Of a stretch of DNA of 64,000 bases, positions 26,985 to 39,229 are shown piece after piece. Within the stretch, counting starts at the first letter, position 1, and the number at the start of each line of letters is the position of its first letter. The translations under genes were made by a program, and so were the position numbers. The notes under the pieces are model-generated. The model saw only the letters and a list, made by a program, of their open reading frames with translations, made no database searches and was not told where the DNA came from. The DNA lies in assembly GCF_044704955.1 (NCBI RefSeq), contig NC_091992.1:116002001-116066000 (forward strand), read 5' to 3'. The stretch is from Pristiophorus japonicus (Eukaryota).

Positions 26985-27980
26985 TAGGAATATTGGAACA
27001 GGAATAACCTATTCCACCATTCAATGAAATCGTGGTTGATCTGTATCCTAATTCCATCCACCTGCCTTGGCTCCATATTCCTTAGTACCCTTGGCTAGCA
27101 AAAATCTATCGGCCTCAGATTTAAAATGATTATTTGACCTAGCATCTACTGTTTAATGTGAGAGACAGTTCCATACTTCTACTGCCCTTTACGTGATGAA
27201 GTGTTTCTCTCCTGAATGGCCTGGCTCTGATTTTAAGGTTATGTCTCCTTGTCCTAGAACCCCCGACCAGCAGACAAAGTTTCTATCTACCCTATCAATT
27301 CCTTTCAAAACCCTAAAAAACTCAATCAAATCACCCCATAACCTTCTATAATACAGGAAATGCAAGCCTAGTTTATGTAATTCTCTTCATAATTTAACCC
27401 TTGGAACCCTGGTAAGATTCTGGTGAATCTGCGCTGCACTCCTTCCAAGGCCAATATATCCTTTCGGAGGTGTGGTTTCCAAAACTGTACACGGTGCTCC
27501 AGAGGTGGTCTAACCAGGCCTTTGTATAAGCTGTAACAAAACTTGTTCTCTTTTATATTCCAGTCCTCTAGTTATAAAGACTAACATTCCATTGGCCTTT
27601 ATAATTGTTGTGTATGGAGAAAGAGTCAGACTGATCACGATGAGCTCAAAGTAAAGTGTGACCGTAGTCTTTTATTGCAGGTCTCCAGAGTGCCTCTCCA
27701 ACCTGTGAAGCATCCTTAAATACCTGTGCTCCCAAGGGATTATGGGATCCCTTGGGACTCCAGGGGATGAGCCCTCTGGTGGCTGTACAGAGTAAATACA
27801 AGTCCACATATAGAACAATAATTATTTTCTGTACCTGAATGCTACATTTTCGAGATCTGTATACATGGAGCCCTAATACTCTTTGGACCTCTACTGTTCC
27901 ACGCTTTTTGCCATTTAACAAATATTCGGATCTGTCCGTTTTTGGTACAAAATGGACGACCTCACACTGGCCTGCATTAC
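26985..27980 (-). mobile_element. CR1 3' fragment interrupted by a solo LTR
   Basis: Closely similar to 7070-7680 (cctgaatggcctggctctgattttaaggttatg). Confidence 0.8.
27606..27817 (-). mobile_element. Solo LTR with 5-bp TSD
   Basis: TGTT...AACA termini, flanked by ATAAT at 27601-27605 and 27818-27822; AATAAA on the minus strand; related to 4451-4665. Confidence 0.88.
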
Positions 27981-28426
27981 CTTTAATTATTGTTCAATAA
28001 CTTTTTGATAAAAATGGAAAAAAATAGTGTACATCTATTTAACTAGCTAATGTTTAGATTCTGTGTGTACCACTTTATCTCAGCCTATCCCAAACAGAGA
28101 AAATATTAGCATGCAATTATTGACCATTAATAAATGTGCTGCCTGCAGTAAAATCAAGGAAATGAATATTAATAACATTTCTTCAAGGCTAAAATGATGC
28201 AGTCGAGTGGTGTAGCTGGCAATCTGAATTTTGAAAACATCAACCATTAATCCCATATTCCCTCTGGCTCAGCATCCCTGGGATTCAAGTGCATTAAGCT
28301 TGAAGATATTGTTATATATCCCACTTTCTGTCTTCTGGATCAGAATTTTTAAAAAAAGCTTGAGATGGTATCACCAGCGTGAGAACAATTGATGCTCTGA
28401 AATTCTCGCTCTGATTTCCCCATCCT

Positions 28427-31370
28427 ACATAGAAACATAGAAACATAGAAAATAGGTGCAGGAGTAGGCCATTCGGCCCTTCGAGCCTGCACCACCATTC
28501 AATAAGATCATGGCTGATCATTCACCTCAGTACCCGTTTCCTGCTTTCTCTCCATACCCTTTGATCCCTTTAGCCGTAAGGGCCATATCTAACTACCTCT
28601 TCAATATATCTAATGAACTGGCATCAACAACTCTCTGCAGTAGAGAATTCCACAGATTAACAACTCTCTGAGTGAAGAAGTTTCTCCTCATCTCAGTCGT
28701 AAATGGCTTACCTCTTATTCTTAGACTGTGACCCCTGGTTTTGGACTTCCCCAACATCAGAAACATTCTTCCTGCATCTAATCTGTCCAGTCCCGTCAGA
28801 ATTTTATGTTTTTATGAGATCCCCTCTCATTCTTCTAAACTCCAGTGAATACAGGCCCAGTCGATCCAGTCTCCCCTCATATGTCAGTCCTGCCATCCCG
28901 GGAATCAGTCTGGTGAACCTTTGCTACACTTCCTCAATAGCAAGAATGTCCTTCCGCAGATTAGGGGACCAAAACTGAACACAGTATTCCAGGTGAGGCT
29001 TCACCAAGGCCCTGTACAACTGCAGTAAGACCTCCCTGCTCCTATATTCAAATCCCCTAGCTATGAAGGCCAACATGTCATTTGCCTTCTTCACCGCCTG
29101 CTGTACCTGCATGCCAACTTTCAATGACTGATGTACCATGACACCCAGGTCTCGTTGCACCTCCCCTTTTCCTAATATGCCGCCATTCAGATAATATTCT
29201 GCCTTCATGTTTTTGCCACCAAAGTGGATAACCTCACATTTATCCACATTATACTGCATCTGCCATGCATTTGCCCACTCACCTAACCTGTCCAAGTCAC
29301 CCTGCAGCCTCTGAGCATCCTCCTCACAGCTCACACCGCTACCCAGCTTAGTGCCATCTGAAAACTTGGAGACATTACACTCAATTCTTTCATCTAAATC
29401 ATTGATGTATATTGTAAATAGCTGGGGTCCCAGCACTGAGCTCTGCGGCACCCCACTAGTCACTACCTGCCATTCTAAAAGGACCCGTTTATCCCAACTC
29501 TCTGCTTCCTGTCTGCCAACGAGTTCTCTATCCACATCAATACATTACCCCCAAAACCATTTGCTTTAATTTTGCACACCAATCTCTTGTGTGGGACCTT
29601 ATCAAAAGCCTTTTGAAAGTCCAAATACACCACATCCACTGGTTCTCCCTTGTCCACTCTACCAGTTACAGCCTCAAAAAATTCCAGAAGATTTGTCAAG
29701 CATGATTTCCCTTTCATAAATCCATGCTGATTTGGACTGATCCTGTCACTGCTTTCCAAATGCACTGCTATTACATCTTTAATAATTGATTCCAACATTT
29801 TCCCCACTACTGATGTCAGGCTAACTGGTCTAGAATTCCCCATTTTCTCTCTCCCTCCTTTCTTAAAAAGTGATGTTACATTAGCTACCCTCCAGTCCAT
29901 AGGAACGGATCCAGAGTCGGTAGACTGTTGGAAAATGATCACCAATACATCCACTATTTCTAGGGCCACTTCCTTAAGTACTCTGGGATGCAGACTATCA
30001 GGCCCTGGGGATTTATCGGCCTTCAATACCAATCAATTTTCCGAACACAATTTCCCGCCTAATAAGGATTTCCTTCAGTTCCTCCTTCTCGATCGACCCT
30101 CAGTCCCCTAGTATTTCCGGAAGGTTATTTGTGTCTTCCTTCGTGAAGACAGAACCAAAGTATTTGTTCAATTGGTCTGCCATTTCTTTGTTCCACAATA
30201 TAAATTCACCTGATTCTGACTGCAAGGGACCTATGTTTGTCTTCACTAATCTTTTTCTCTTCACATATCTATAGAAGCTTTTGCAGTCAATTTTTATGTT
30301 CCCAGCAAGCTTCTTCTCATACTCTATTTCCCCCCTCCTAATTAAACCCTTTGTCCTCCTCTGCTGAATTCTAAATTTCTCCCAGTCATCAGGTTTGCTG
30401 CTTTTTCTGGCCAATTTATATGCCTCTTCCTTGTAATTAACATTATCCCTAATTTCCCTTGTTAGCCACGGTTGAGCCACCTTCTCCATTTTATTTTTAC
30501 TCCATACAGGGATGTACAATTGTTGAAGTTCATCCATGTGATCAATGTTTGCCATTGCCTATCCACCATCAACCCTTTAAGTATCATTCGCCAGTCGATT
30601 CTAGCCAATTCACATCTCATACCATCAAAGTTACATTTCCTTAAGTTCAGGACCTTAGTCTCTGAATTAACTGTGTCATTCTCCATCTACCATATTATGG
30701 TCACTCTTCCCCAAGGGGCCTCGCACAACAAGATTGCTAATTAGTCCTTTCTCATTATATATCACCCAATCGAGGATAGCCAGCCCTCTAGTTCGTTCCT
30801 CGACATATTGGTCTCGAAAACCATCCCTAATACGCTCCAGGAAATCCTCCTCCACCGTATTGCTACCAGTTTGGTTCGCCCAATCAATATGTAGATTAAA
30901 GTCGCCCATGATAACTGCAGTATCTTTATTGCACACATCCCTAATTTCTTGTTTGATGCTGTCCCCAACCTCACTACTACTGTTTGGTGGTCTGTACACA
31001 ACTCCCACTAGCGTTTTCTGTCTTTTGGTATACCGCAGCTCTACCCAAACAGATTCCACATCATCCAAGCTAATGTCCTTCCTTACTATTGCGTTAATTT
31101 CCTCTTTAACCAGCAATGCTACCCCACCTCCTATTCCTTTCTGTCTATCCTTCCTGAATGTTGAATACCCCTGGATGTTGAGTTCCCAGCCTTGGTCACC
31201 CTGGAGCCATGTCTCCGTAATCCCAATTATATCGAATTCATTAATCGCTGCCTGTGCAGTTAATTTGTCCACCTCATTACGAATACTCCTTGCATTGAGG
31301 CACAGAGCCTTCAGGCTTGTCTTTTTAGCACACTTTGTCCCTTTAGAATTTTGCTGTAATGTGGCCCTGC
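28427..31370 (-). mobile_element. CR1 LINE with nearly complete but frameshifted ORF2 (APE endonuclease + RT)
   Basis: LCLNARSIRN/GITETWL/YRPP/GDFN/SDHN endonuclease motifs; KSPGPD, YLDFQKAFDKVPH, GVPQ, FSDGTK; (TTTCTATG)n tail. Confidence 0.95.
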
Positions 31371-32157
31371 TGTAATGTGGAATCTGCAAAAACAATTTGG
31401 ACAGAATTGTGCACGTTACACGTCTTCTTACATCATGGGTAGAATTTAAACATTTTATTAAGTGGGCCAAAGCCTTAATTCTGTTGTCAGTGGATGTATC
31501 CCGCCTTTGAATCTGTACATCAGAAATAAGATTGTGATCCACTGAATAGCAAATGCTGCATCGGAAGGTATGAGGTTACAATGCTGAAATTTAAGACAGA
31601 TTGGTACTTCATAGGAATTTGGTGATGTTACATTGACACATGAAAAAGCCACCATAGGACATTGTTTTGTGAATACCATTCTATTGAACAGTTTTTAAAC
31701 GTTAGAATGTTAATACTGCTACTGTGCATGCTTACTTGTGCCCAGTTCTGTTTGTATGTACAAAAACTACACATTACATGAGTTCAGCATCCCCAAATAA
31801 GATCTCTGTTCTTGTAAATAAATGCCGCAGACTGCAGGAGGATGAATCCCAGAAAGACTGTTCGAGTTTTGTGTGTTAGACAGACTGCCCATCACTTGAC
31901 CTTTGTTACCTACCCCTGGGAGTGTGTTTCAGCAGTACTCAGCCAAGCCACTAGATGGAAAGCTTTGCTATCTTGGGCTGTTTCTATTTCAGAGGTAGGT
32001 AGGGGAGGTAAGAACTGGTGAATGACTTTGATCTGCTGCAAGCAAACCTTCCACTCGCCGCTCATGGGCCGACAATAGCTTGAGTCACCGAGGAATCTGC
32101 TTCTTTAGGTCATATCTCATCTTCCTGACTGAAGGAGGCTGCACCATGATGAGTAGC

Positions 32158-32292
32158 CTGTGAGAAATACAGGAAGGGGACAGAAGTCTACAGATCTTGT
32201 CCAACACAATATGGACTGTCCTGTGAAAAACAGAAGGGGACAGAAGCCTATCGATCTTGTCCAACACAATATGGACTGTCCTGTGAAAAACA
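32158..32292. repeat. 60-bp tandem duplication (about 2.2 units)
   Basis: gaaggggacagaag.cta..gatcttgtccaacacaatatggactgtcctgtgaaaaaca repeats with period 60. Confidence 0.92.
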
Positions 32293-34258
32293 AGCTAGCA
32301 TTTGAACAAAAACCATCAGAGTTTAAACAAAAAATGATAAAGCTTCTCTGCTAACAGGAACAAGTATCCAGTAATGAACATTTTCTGTAAATCGTTGCTG
32401 TTGGTACTCAATCTGTTCGTATTTTTTCAACCAATATTAATTTATGAAATGAAGAGTAGATGAACATTAAACCACATCAACAACAAGCCTAAAAACCATG
32501 TCCTGAGGCGGGTTATTTTTAGTAAGTCATTTTATTCAACTCATACCACACTTTGAATGGAATTGGTATGCAGCTCCAGCAGGGACTACAAGCAATACAT
32601 CACTACTGACACCACCAGATGTGTGTCGTAAAATCTGTTGTTGAAAATACTTTGACATTGAACTGTTTTGTTTAATGCAAAAAGCTGTGTACCTCTTGCT
32701 GTAAGTTTTTTTTCCATCTACCTATTTCTCCCGTGCCCTTCCCTCCTCTCCCTGCTTGGGTGTGGTTCCATGGGTGATGGTTGCCCTCTTGGACCTCACC
32801 CAGGAGGCCACTGTTCATCTGCAAGCCACGACAGTGAGGGTCACCGGGCAATTTCGCAGTTGTGCCCAATCCTGCCACTGCTCAATGACCATATCCACGG
32901 GCACTTTCAGCAGGGGCCACTGGATAGCAACCAGGGCCAGGTCCTGGCCTGGATTTCGGCATCTATTTCCGCTATAATCCCTGGCCCACTTTTTTTGTTA
33001 ACAATTACAAATACACGATAAAAATGTATGCATCTTGTTGTCCCAGAAGACTGATCATCGTGTTAGAAGAGTGTGCCTTCAGAATTTCACATTTTAAACT
33101 TTTGCATCAATCACATTTAAAATAACTTCAAATTCAATTACATGTGCAAAATGTATATGTGGTTACAATTCCACAGTCTCCACAATAAATGCATCAATGC
33201 ATTCCTCGCTTGTGTTAACTGGAAACAGATTGGAACAGTTATTGGGTCAAACAAAGGCAGTTCCACTACCTCTCCAGTCTCAAGAATTAAATTAATCAAA
33301 TATTATTTTCTGTGTCTAATACAATTTGGGATCTACTTAAATTTAGTTTGAGAGAACAAAAATAAATGGAAGTTATGCAATTAGTTTACAAAATTAGTAA
33401 TGCAAGAGCAGTAATGCCCACTCCAAGTCAATCTACACCAGTCATTAATACTGTATTTAAAATCCCCAAAGTAATGGATTGATTTGAACTGGATATCAGT
33501 TTTATTCTTCATGTACAATAAATATTAATAAAGGGTAGAATTTCAGATTAATTTTGCAGGGAGAGTTTATTTTAAATAATTTAAATTGGAAGACATTATT
33601 GTGAGATTGCTTAACTGGATATTGTTTTCCTTAGTTGCTTTAAGTGCCTCACTTTCTGAACTGTTGCTTGTAGTTTACCTGCACAAGTTCTGGAGCTACC
33701 TGTGCTACACAGCACCGTGATAGGAACTGCTGAGTTTAAAGGCCTTACAACTTGAAATGATTTCAAATTAGCCAAGTTTGAATTATTGTAAAACTTGGAT
33801 AAAATAAATACTGTGCTATGTCATTCTTGCTTGAAGAAATACACTGAAACATTAATATGAAACACCTCTTAATACCACTGTAAAATATGTGGGAGCCTTA
33901 TTTGACAGTAACCCTTAAAAGGACTGCATTTTGTTGTTGGTGGCAGAATCATTAATACAAAATATTCAATATCAACAATATAAGCTAACATTTTTCATAG
34001 AAAAAACAAAAAAAACTCTACGGTTATGAAATAAAACAACATACAGGTGTGCAATTGCTGATGCGCTGATCCTGGGGCAATCCATCAACTTGGTAAAACT
34101 TCAGCTGTCTACTATTGCTGGTACTTAAATTAATTGTCAATTTTATTCTGGTTAAGGATGAATATAGAGATTTGTAGCTGATAAACCAATTCAGAAACGT
34201 GTTAACTGTCTTAATAATAATTGGGTACTCTTTGGCAACAGGGAATTTATTACCATTT

Positions 34259-34417
34259 GGGGGTCATTTTCACCCTCGCCACTTGAGCGTTAAACTTGTA
34301 ATGCGAATTAGAGAGCCCGCCTGATTTTTGCTTCCAGTGAATGAATGGGTTCTACAACAGGCAGAGGGTCCACTCTGTCAGATTACTGCCCAAGTGGTGA
34401 AGGTAAAAATTATCTCC
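34259..34417. mobile_element. Small decayed MITE
   Basis: Left gggggtcattttcaccctcgccacttgagc pairs imperfectly with right gcccaagtggtgaaggtaaaaattatctcc. Confidence 0.6.
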
Positions 34418-34540
34418 TTTGGGTGAAAGGTTTTGTTCAATCCCTATTGCTCCACAGAGCCGACTTTATGAATGCTGGAATAAAAACAGAAAATGCTGTA
34501 AATCTCAGCGGGTCAGGCAGCATCTGTGGAGAGAAAGCAG

Positions 34541-34577
34541 AGTTAACGTTTCGGGTCGATGACCCTTCATCAGAACT
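34541..34577 (-). ncRNA. Minimal type I hammerhead ribozyme motif
   Basis: AGUU-CUGAUGA-a-GGGUC auc GACCC-GAAA-CG-UU-AACU: stem I AGUU/AACU, 5-bp stem II, palindromic ACGU stem III. Confidence 0.75.
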
Positions 34578-35596
34578 GGAGAGTGTTCAGAAAGAACAGA
34601 TTCTTAACAAACACTGAAAGGGGGAGGGGAAGAAAGAACAAAAGGGAAGGATTGTGATAGGGTGGAAGACAGGAGAGATTAGACAGGCAAAAGGGATGAT
34701 GGCCCAAATTCAAATGGTAATGCCAGGAGTTAGAAAAACATTCGTCAAGATAGGGTGTGAATGGTGGGATAATGTCCAACTGCCATTAGAGACAAGGAGA
34801 AAAAAAGAAAGAAAGGAATGGGCTCTGAGGCGGGGGGAAGGGAGTCAAAGATTGGCAGCGGTCACAGTCTGAAATTGTTGAACTCGATGTTGAGTCCAGA
34901 AGGCTGGATGAGGTGCTGTTGGAACAGTGGAGGAGGCCGAGGACAGAGAGGTCAGAGTGGGAGTGGAGCGGAGAATTAAAGTGACAGGCGACCGGAAGCT
35001 CAGGGTCACACCTGCGGACTGAACGGAGGTGCGCCACAAAGCGGTCACTCAATCTGCATTTGGTCTCCCCAATGTAGAGGAGACCACATTGTGAGCAGCG
35101 AATACAGTATACTAAATTGAAAGAAGTACAAGTAAATCGCTGTTTCATCGGAAGGCGTATTTGGAGCCCTGGATAGTGGGAAGGGAGGAGGTAAAAGGGC
35201 AGATGTTGCATCTCCTGCGCTTGCATGGAAAGGTGTCATGGGAAGGGGAGTGGCTGCTGGGGGTGACTGCGGAATGGACCAGGGTATCGCGGAGGGAGCG
35301 GTCCCTTCGGAACACTGAGAGGGGAGGGGAAGGGAAGATGTGATTGGTGGTGGGATCACGCTGGAGATGGCGGAAATGGTGGAGGATGATCCATTGAACG
35401 TGGAGGCTGGTGAGATGAAAGGTGAGAACAAGGTAACCCTGTCGTGGTTCTGGGAGGGAGGGGAAGGAGTGAGAGCAGAGTTGCAGGAAATAGAACGGAC
35501 ACGGTCGAGGGCCATGTTAACCGCGGCGGAGGGGAATCCTCTGAGGAGGAAAAAGGAAAACATGTTGGAGGCACTAGGTGGCATCGTCAGAGCAGA

Positions 35597-36764
35597 TAGA
35601 AACATAGACATAGAAAAATAGGTGCAGGCCATTTGGCCTTTCGAGCCTGCACCGCCATTCAATAAGATCATGGCTGATCATTCCTTCAGTACCCCTTTCC
35701 TGCTTTCTCTCCATACCCCTTGATCCCCTTAACTGTAAGAGCCATATCTAACTCCCTCTTGAATATATCCACTGAACTGGCATCAACAACTCTCTGCGGC
35801 AGGGAATTGCACAGGTTAACAACTCTCTGAGTGAAGAAGTTTCTCCTCATCTCAGTCCTAAATGGCCTATCCCTTATCCTAAGACTATGTCCCCTGGTTC
35901 TGGACTTCCCCAACATCGGGAACATTCTTCCCACGTCTAACCTGTCTAGTCCCGTCAGAATCTTATATGTTTCTATGAGATCCCCTCTCATCCTTCTAAA
36001 CTCCAGTGAATAAAGGCCCAGTTGATCCAGTCTCTCCTCATATGACAGCCCAGCCATCCCTGGAATCAGTCTGGTGAACCTTCGCTGCACTCCCTCAATA
36101 GCAAGAACGTCCTTGCTCAGACTAGGAGACCAAAACTGAACTTAATATTCCAGTTGAGGCCTCACTAAGGCCCTGTACAACCGCAGTAAGACCGCCCTGC
36201 TTCAATATTCAAATCCCCTAGTTATGAAGGCCAACATACCATTTGCCTTCTTCACCGCCTGCTGTACCTGCGTGCCCACTTTCAGTGACTGATGAACCAT
36301 GACACCCAGGTCCCGTTGCACCTCCCCTTTTCCTAGTCTGCCGCCATTCAGATAATATTCTGCCTTTGTGTTTTTGCCCCCAAAATGGATAACCTCACAT
36401 TTATCCTCATTATACTGCATCTGCCATGCAATTGCCCACTCACCTAATCTGTCCAAGTCACCCTGCAGCCTCTTAGCGTCCTCCTCACAGCTCACACCAC
36501 AACCCAGTTTAGTGTCATCTGCAAACTTGGAGATATTACACTCTATTCCTTCATCCAAATCGTTAATGTATATTGTAAAGAGCTGGGGTCCCAGCACTGA
36601 GCCCTGCGGTACTCCACTCGTCACTGCTTGCCATTCTGAAAAGGACCCGTTTATCCCGACTCTCTGCTTCCTGTTTGCCAACCAGTTCTCTATCCACGTC
36701 AGTATATTACCCCCAATACCATGAGCTTTGACTTTGCACAACAATCTCTTGTGCGGTACCTTGT
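35597..36764 (-). mobile_element. 5'-truncated CR1 nested in the Penelope element (same subfamily as 28427-31370)
   Basis: KVPHKRL..GVPQGSVLGPQLF..FADDTK..RRMRGDLIETYK; tail agaaacatagacatagaaaa; Penelope sequence resumes on both sides. Confidence 0.93.
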
Positions 36765-38009
36765 TCTCGCATTGCGATGCGAGATACGATGCGATGAGAG
36801 ATGCGATGGAGACGGAGAAACTGGGAGAATGGAATGGAGTCCTTACAGGTTGTGGGGTGGAAGGAAGTGTTGTCCAGGTTGCTGTGGGAGTCAGTGGGCT
36901 TAGAGAGCATACTGGTCGGAAACCTATACCCAGAAATGGAGACAGAGAATTCGAAGAAGGGAAGGGAAGAGTCAGAGATGGACCATGTGAAGGTGAGGGA
37001 AGGGTGGAAATTGGATGCAAAGTGAATGACATTTTCAAGTTCAGGGCAAGAGCAGGAAACAGCACCGATACAATCATCAGTGTACCGGAAAAAGAGGTGA
37101 GGGAGGGGACCTGAGTAGGACTGGAACAAAGAATGTTCCACATATGCCACAAAAAGGCAGGCATAGCTAGGACCCATGTGGGTTCCCATAGCAACACCTC
37201 CAATTTGGAGACAGTGAGTGGAGTTAAAGGAGAAGTTGTTCAATGCGAGAACAAGTTCAGCCAGGCAGAGGAGGGTGGTGGGGGATGGGGACTGGTTGGG
37301 CCTCTGCTCGAGGAAGAAGCGGAGCGCCCTCAGGCCATCCTGGTGGGGGATGGAAGTGTAGAGGGATTGGTGAAAAGGAGACGGTTGTGGCTGGGAAACT
37401 GGAAACTGTTAAAGTGAAGGAGGGCGTCGGAGGAGTCGCAGATGTAGGTGGGAAGAGAGTGGACAAGGGGAGAAAAAATTGAGTCAAGATAGGAAGAAAT
37501 AAGTTCTGTGGGGCAAGAACAAGCTGAAACGATGGGTCTACAGGGGCAGTCCTGTTTGTGGATCTTGGGAAGGAGGTAGAAGTGGGATGTGTGGGGTTGG
37601 CGAACTATGAGGTTGGTGGCTGTGGAAGGAAGATCTCCAGAGGAGATGAGGTCAGTGACGGTCTGGGAAATTATGGCTTGATGTTCAGTGATGGGGTCAT
37701 GGTCCAGGGGGAGGTAGGAGGAGGTGTCTGAGAGTTGGCGATCAGCGTCTGCAAGGTAGAGGTCTGTTTGCCAAACAACAACGGCGCCACGCTTTTCAGC
37801 AGGTTTGATGACAAGGTTGGGGTTGGATCTGAGTGAGCGGAGTGCTGCAAGTTCAGAGGGAGGTAGTTTGGAGTGAGTGAGGGGAGCAGAGAAATTAAGA
37901 CGGCCGATGTCCCATCGGTAGTTTGCAATGAAGAGGTCTGGAGAGAGTAAGAGGCCAGAGGGAGGGGTCCAGGTAGAGTGAGAATTCTGAAAATGGGAGA
38001 AAGGGTCAG

Positions 38010-39010
38010 CTGTGCTGAAGGGACTGCTTCCTCCACGACACCCTGGTCCATTCCGCAGTCACGCCCAGCAGCCTCTCCCCTTCCCACGGCACCTTCCCGT
38101 GCAAGTGCAGGAGATGCAACACCTGCCCTTTTACCTCTTCCCTTCCCACTATCTAGGGCCTCAAATACTCCTTCCAGGTGAAACAGCGATTTACTTGTAC
38201 TTCTTTCAATTTAGTATACTGTATTCGCTGCTCACGATGTGGCCTCCTCTACATTGGGGAGACCAAGCATAGATTGGGTGATCGTTTTGCGGAGCACCTC
38301 TGTTCAGTCCGCAAGTGTGACCCTGAGATTCCGGTCGCCTGTCATTTTAATTCTCCACTCCATTCCCACTCTGACCTCTCCATCCTTGATCTCCTACACT
38401 GTTCCAATGAAGCTTAACGCAAGCTCGAGGAACAGCACCTCATCTTTCATTTAGGCACTTTACAGCCTTCTGGACTCAACATCGAGTTCAACAATTTCAG
38501 AGCATAACCACTGCCAACATTTGGCTTTCTTCCCCCGCACCCCCCTTTCCCTCCCCACCCCTCTCCCTCCCCAGAGCATGTTTCCTTTTTTTCTCCTTGT
38601 CTCGAATGGCAGTTGGTCATTATCCCACCATTCACACTTTATCTTGACGAATGTTTTTCTAACTCCTGGCATTACCATTTGAATTTGGGCCATCATCCCT
38701 TTTGTCTCTCGAAACTCTCCTGTCTTCCAACCTATCACAGATCTTCTCTTTTGTTCTTTCTTCCTCTCCCCCGATCAGTGCTTGTTAAGAATCTGAAAAT
38801 GCTGGAAATCTCAGCAGGCCAGGCAGCACCTGTGGAGAGAAAGCAGAGTTAACGTTTCAGGTCGACTCTTCAGTTCTGACGACGGGTCATCGACCTGAAA
38901 TGTTAACTCTGCTTTTCTCCCCACAGATGCTGCCTGACCCGCTGAGATTTCCAGCATTTTCTGTTTTTATTCCAGATTCTAGCATCCGCAGTATTTTGCT
39001 TTTGTATTTG
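38010..39010 (+). mobile_element. Inverted copy of the Penelope 3' end (pLTR-like; GIY-YIG + 3' UTR)
   Basis: ORF 38178-38417 KQRFTCTSFNLVYCIRCSRCGLLYIGET; reverse complement of ~34470-35310. Confidence 0.9.
38872..38908 (+). ncRNA. Minimal hammerhead ribozyme motif (second copy)
   Basis: AGUU-CUGACGA-c-GGGUC auc GACCU-GAAA-UG-UU-AACU. Confidence 0.65.
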
Positions 39011-39229
39011 TGAATGCTGGCGTCACTTCCTGGAAGTACATGTCAGGAAATTGTGAGTAAGTTCTCCATGATCTTCTGTCCTTGTGTGGACCACACGTGC
39101 CATTTCCAGACATATACTCCTGACAAGCAAGGCTCCCGACCGGAAGTACACATTTATAAAGTCGACACTCTAACTTCTGAATTAGGTTTCCTAATTTTTG
39201 AATTTTTTTAAACAATAATTTTGTTTGAT

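Larger units (their letters stand above)
34470..37990 (-). mobile_element. Penelope-like retroelement (RT + GIY-YIG), decayed, interrupted by CR1
   Basis: NNFSFN..GVAMGTHMGPSYACLF..FRYTDD (RT); LVYCIRCSQCGLLYIGET..RF..H..H (GIY-YIG with CCHH). Confidence 0.92.

Noticed and set aside
30676-31542. 288-aa endonuclease ORF as a domesticated gene
   Set aside because: It is the CR1 APE domain continuous with a frameshifted ORF2; the N-terminal part is flanking DNA.
32158-32292. CRISPR-like array
   Set aside because: Eukaryotic DNA; contiguous units with no unique spacers.
36202-37203. 333-aa ORF appearing to fuse Penelope and CR1 RT
   Set aside because: Chance read-through across an insertion junction; the Penelope part is out of frame.
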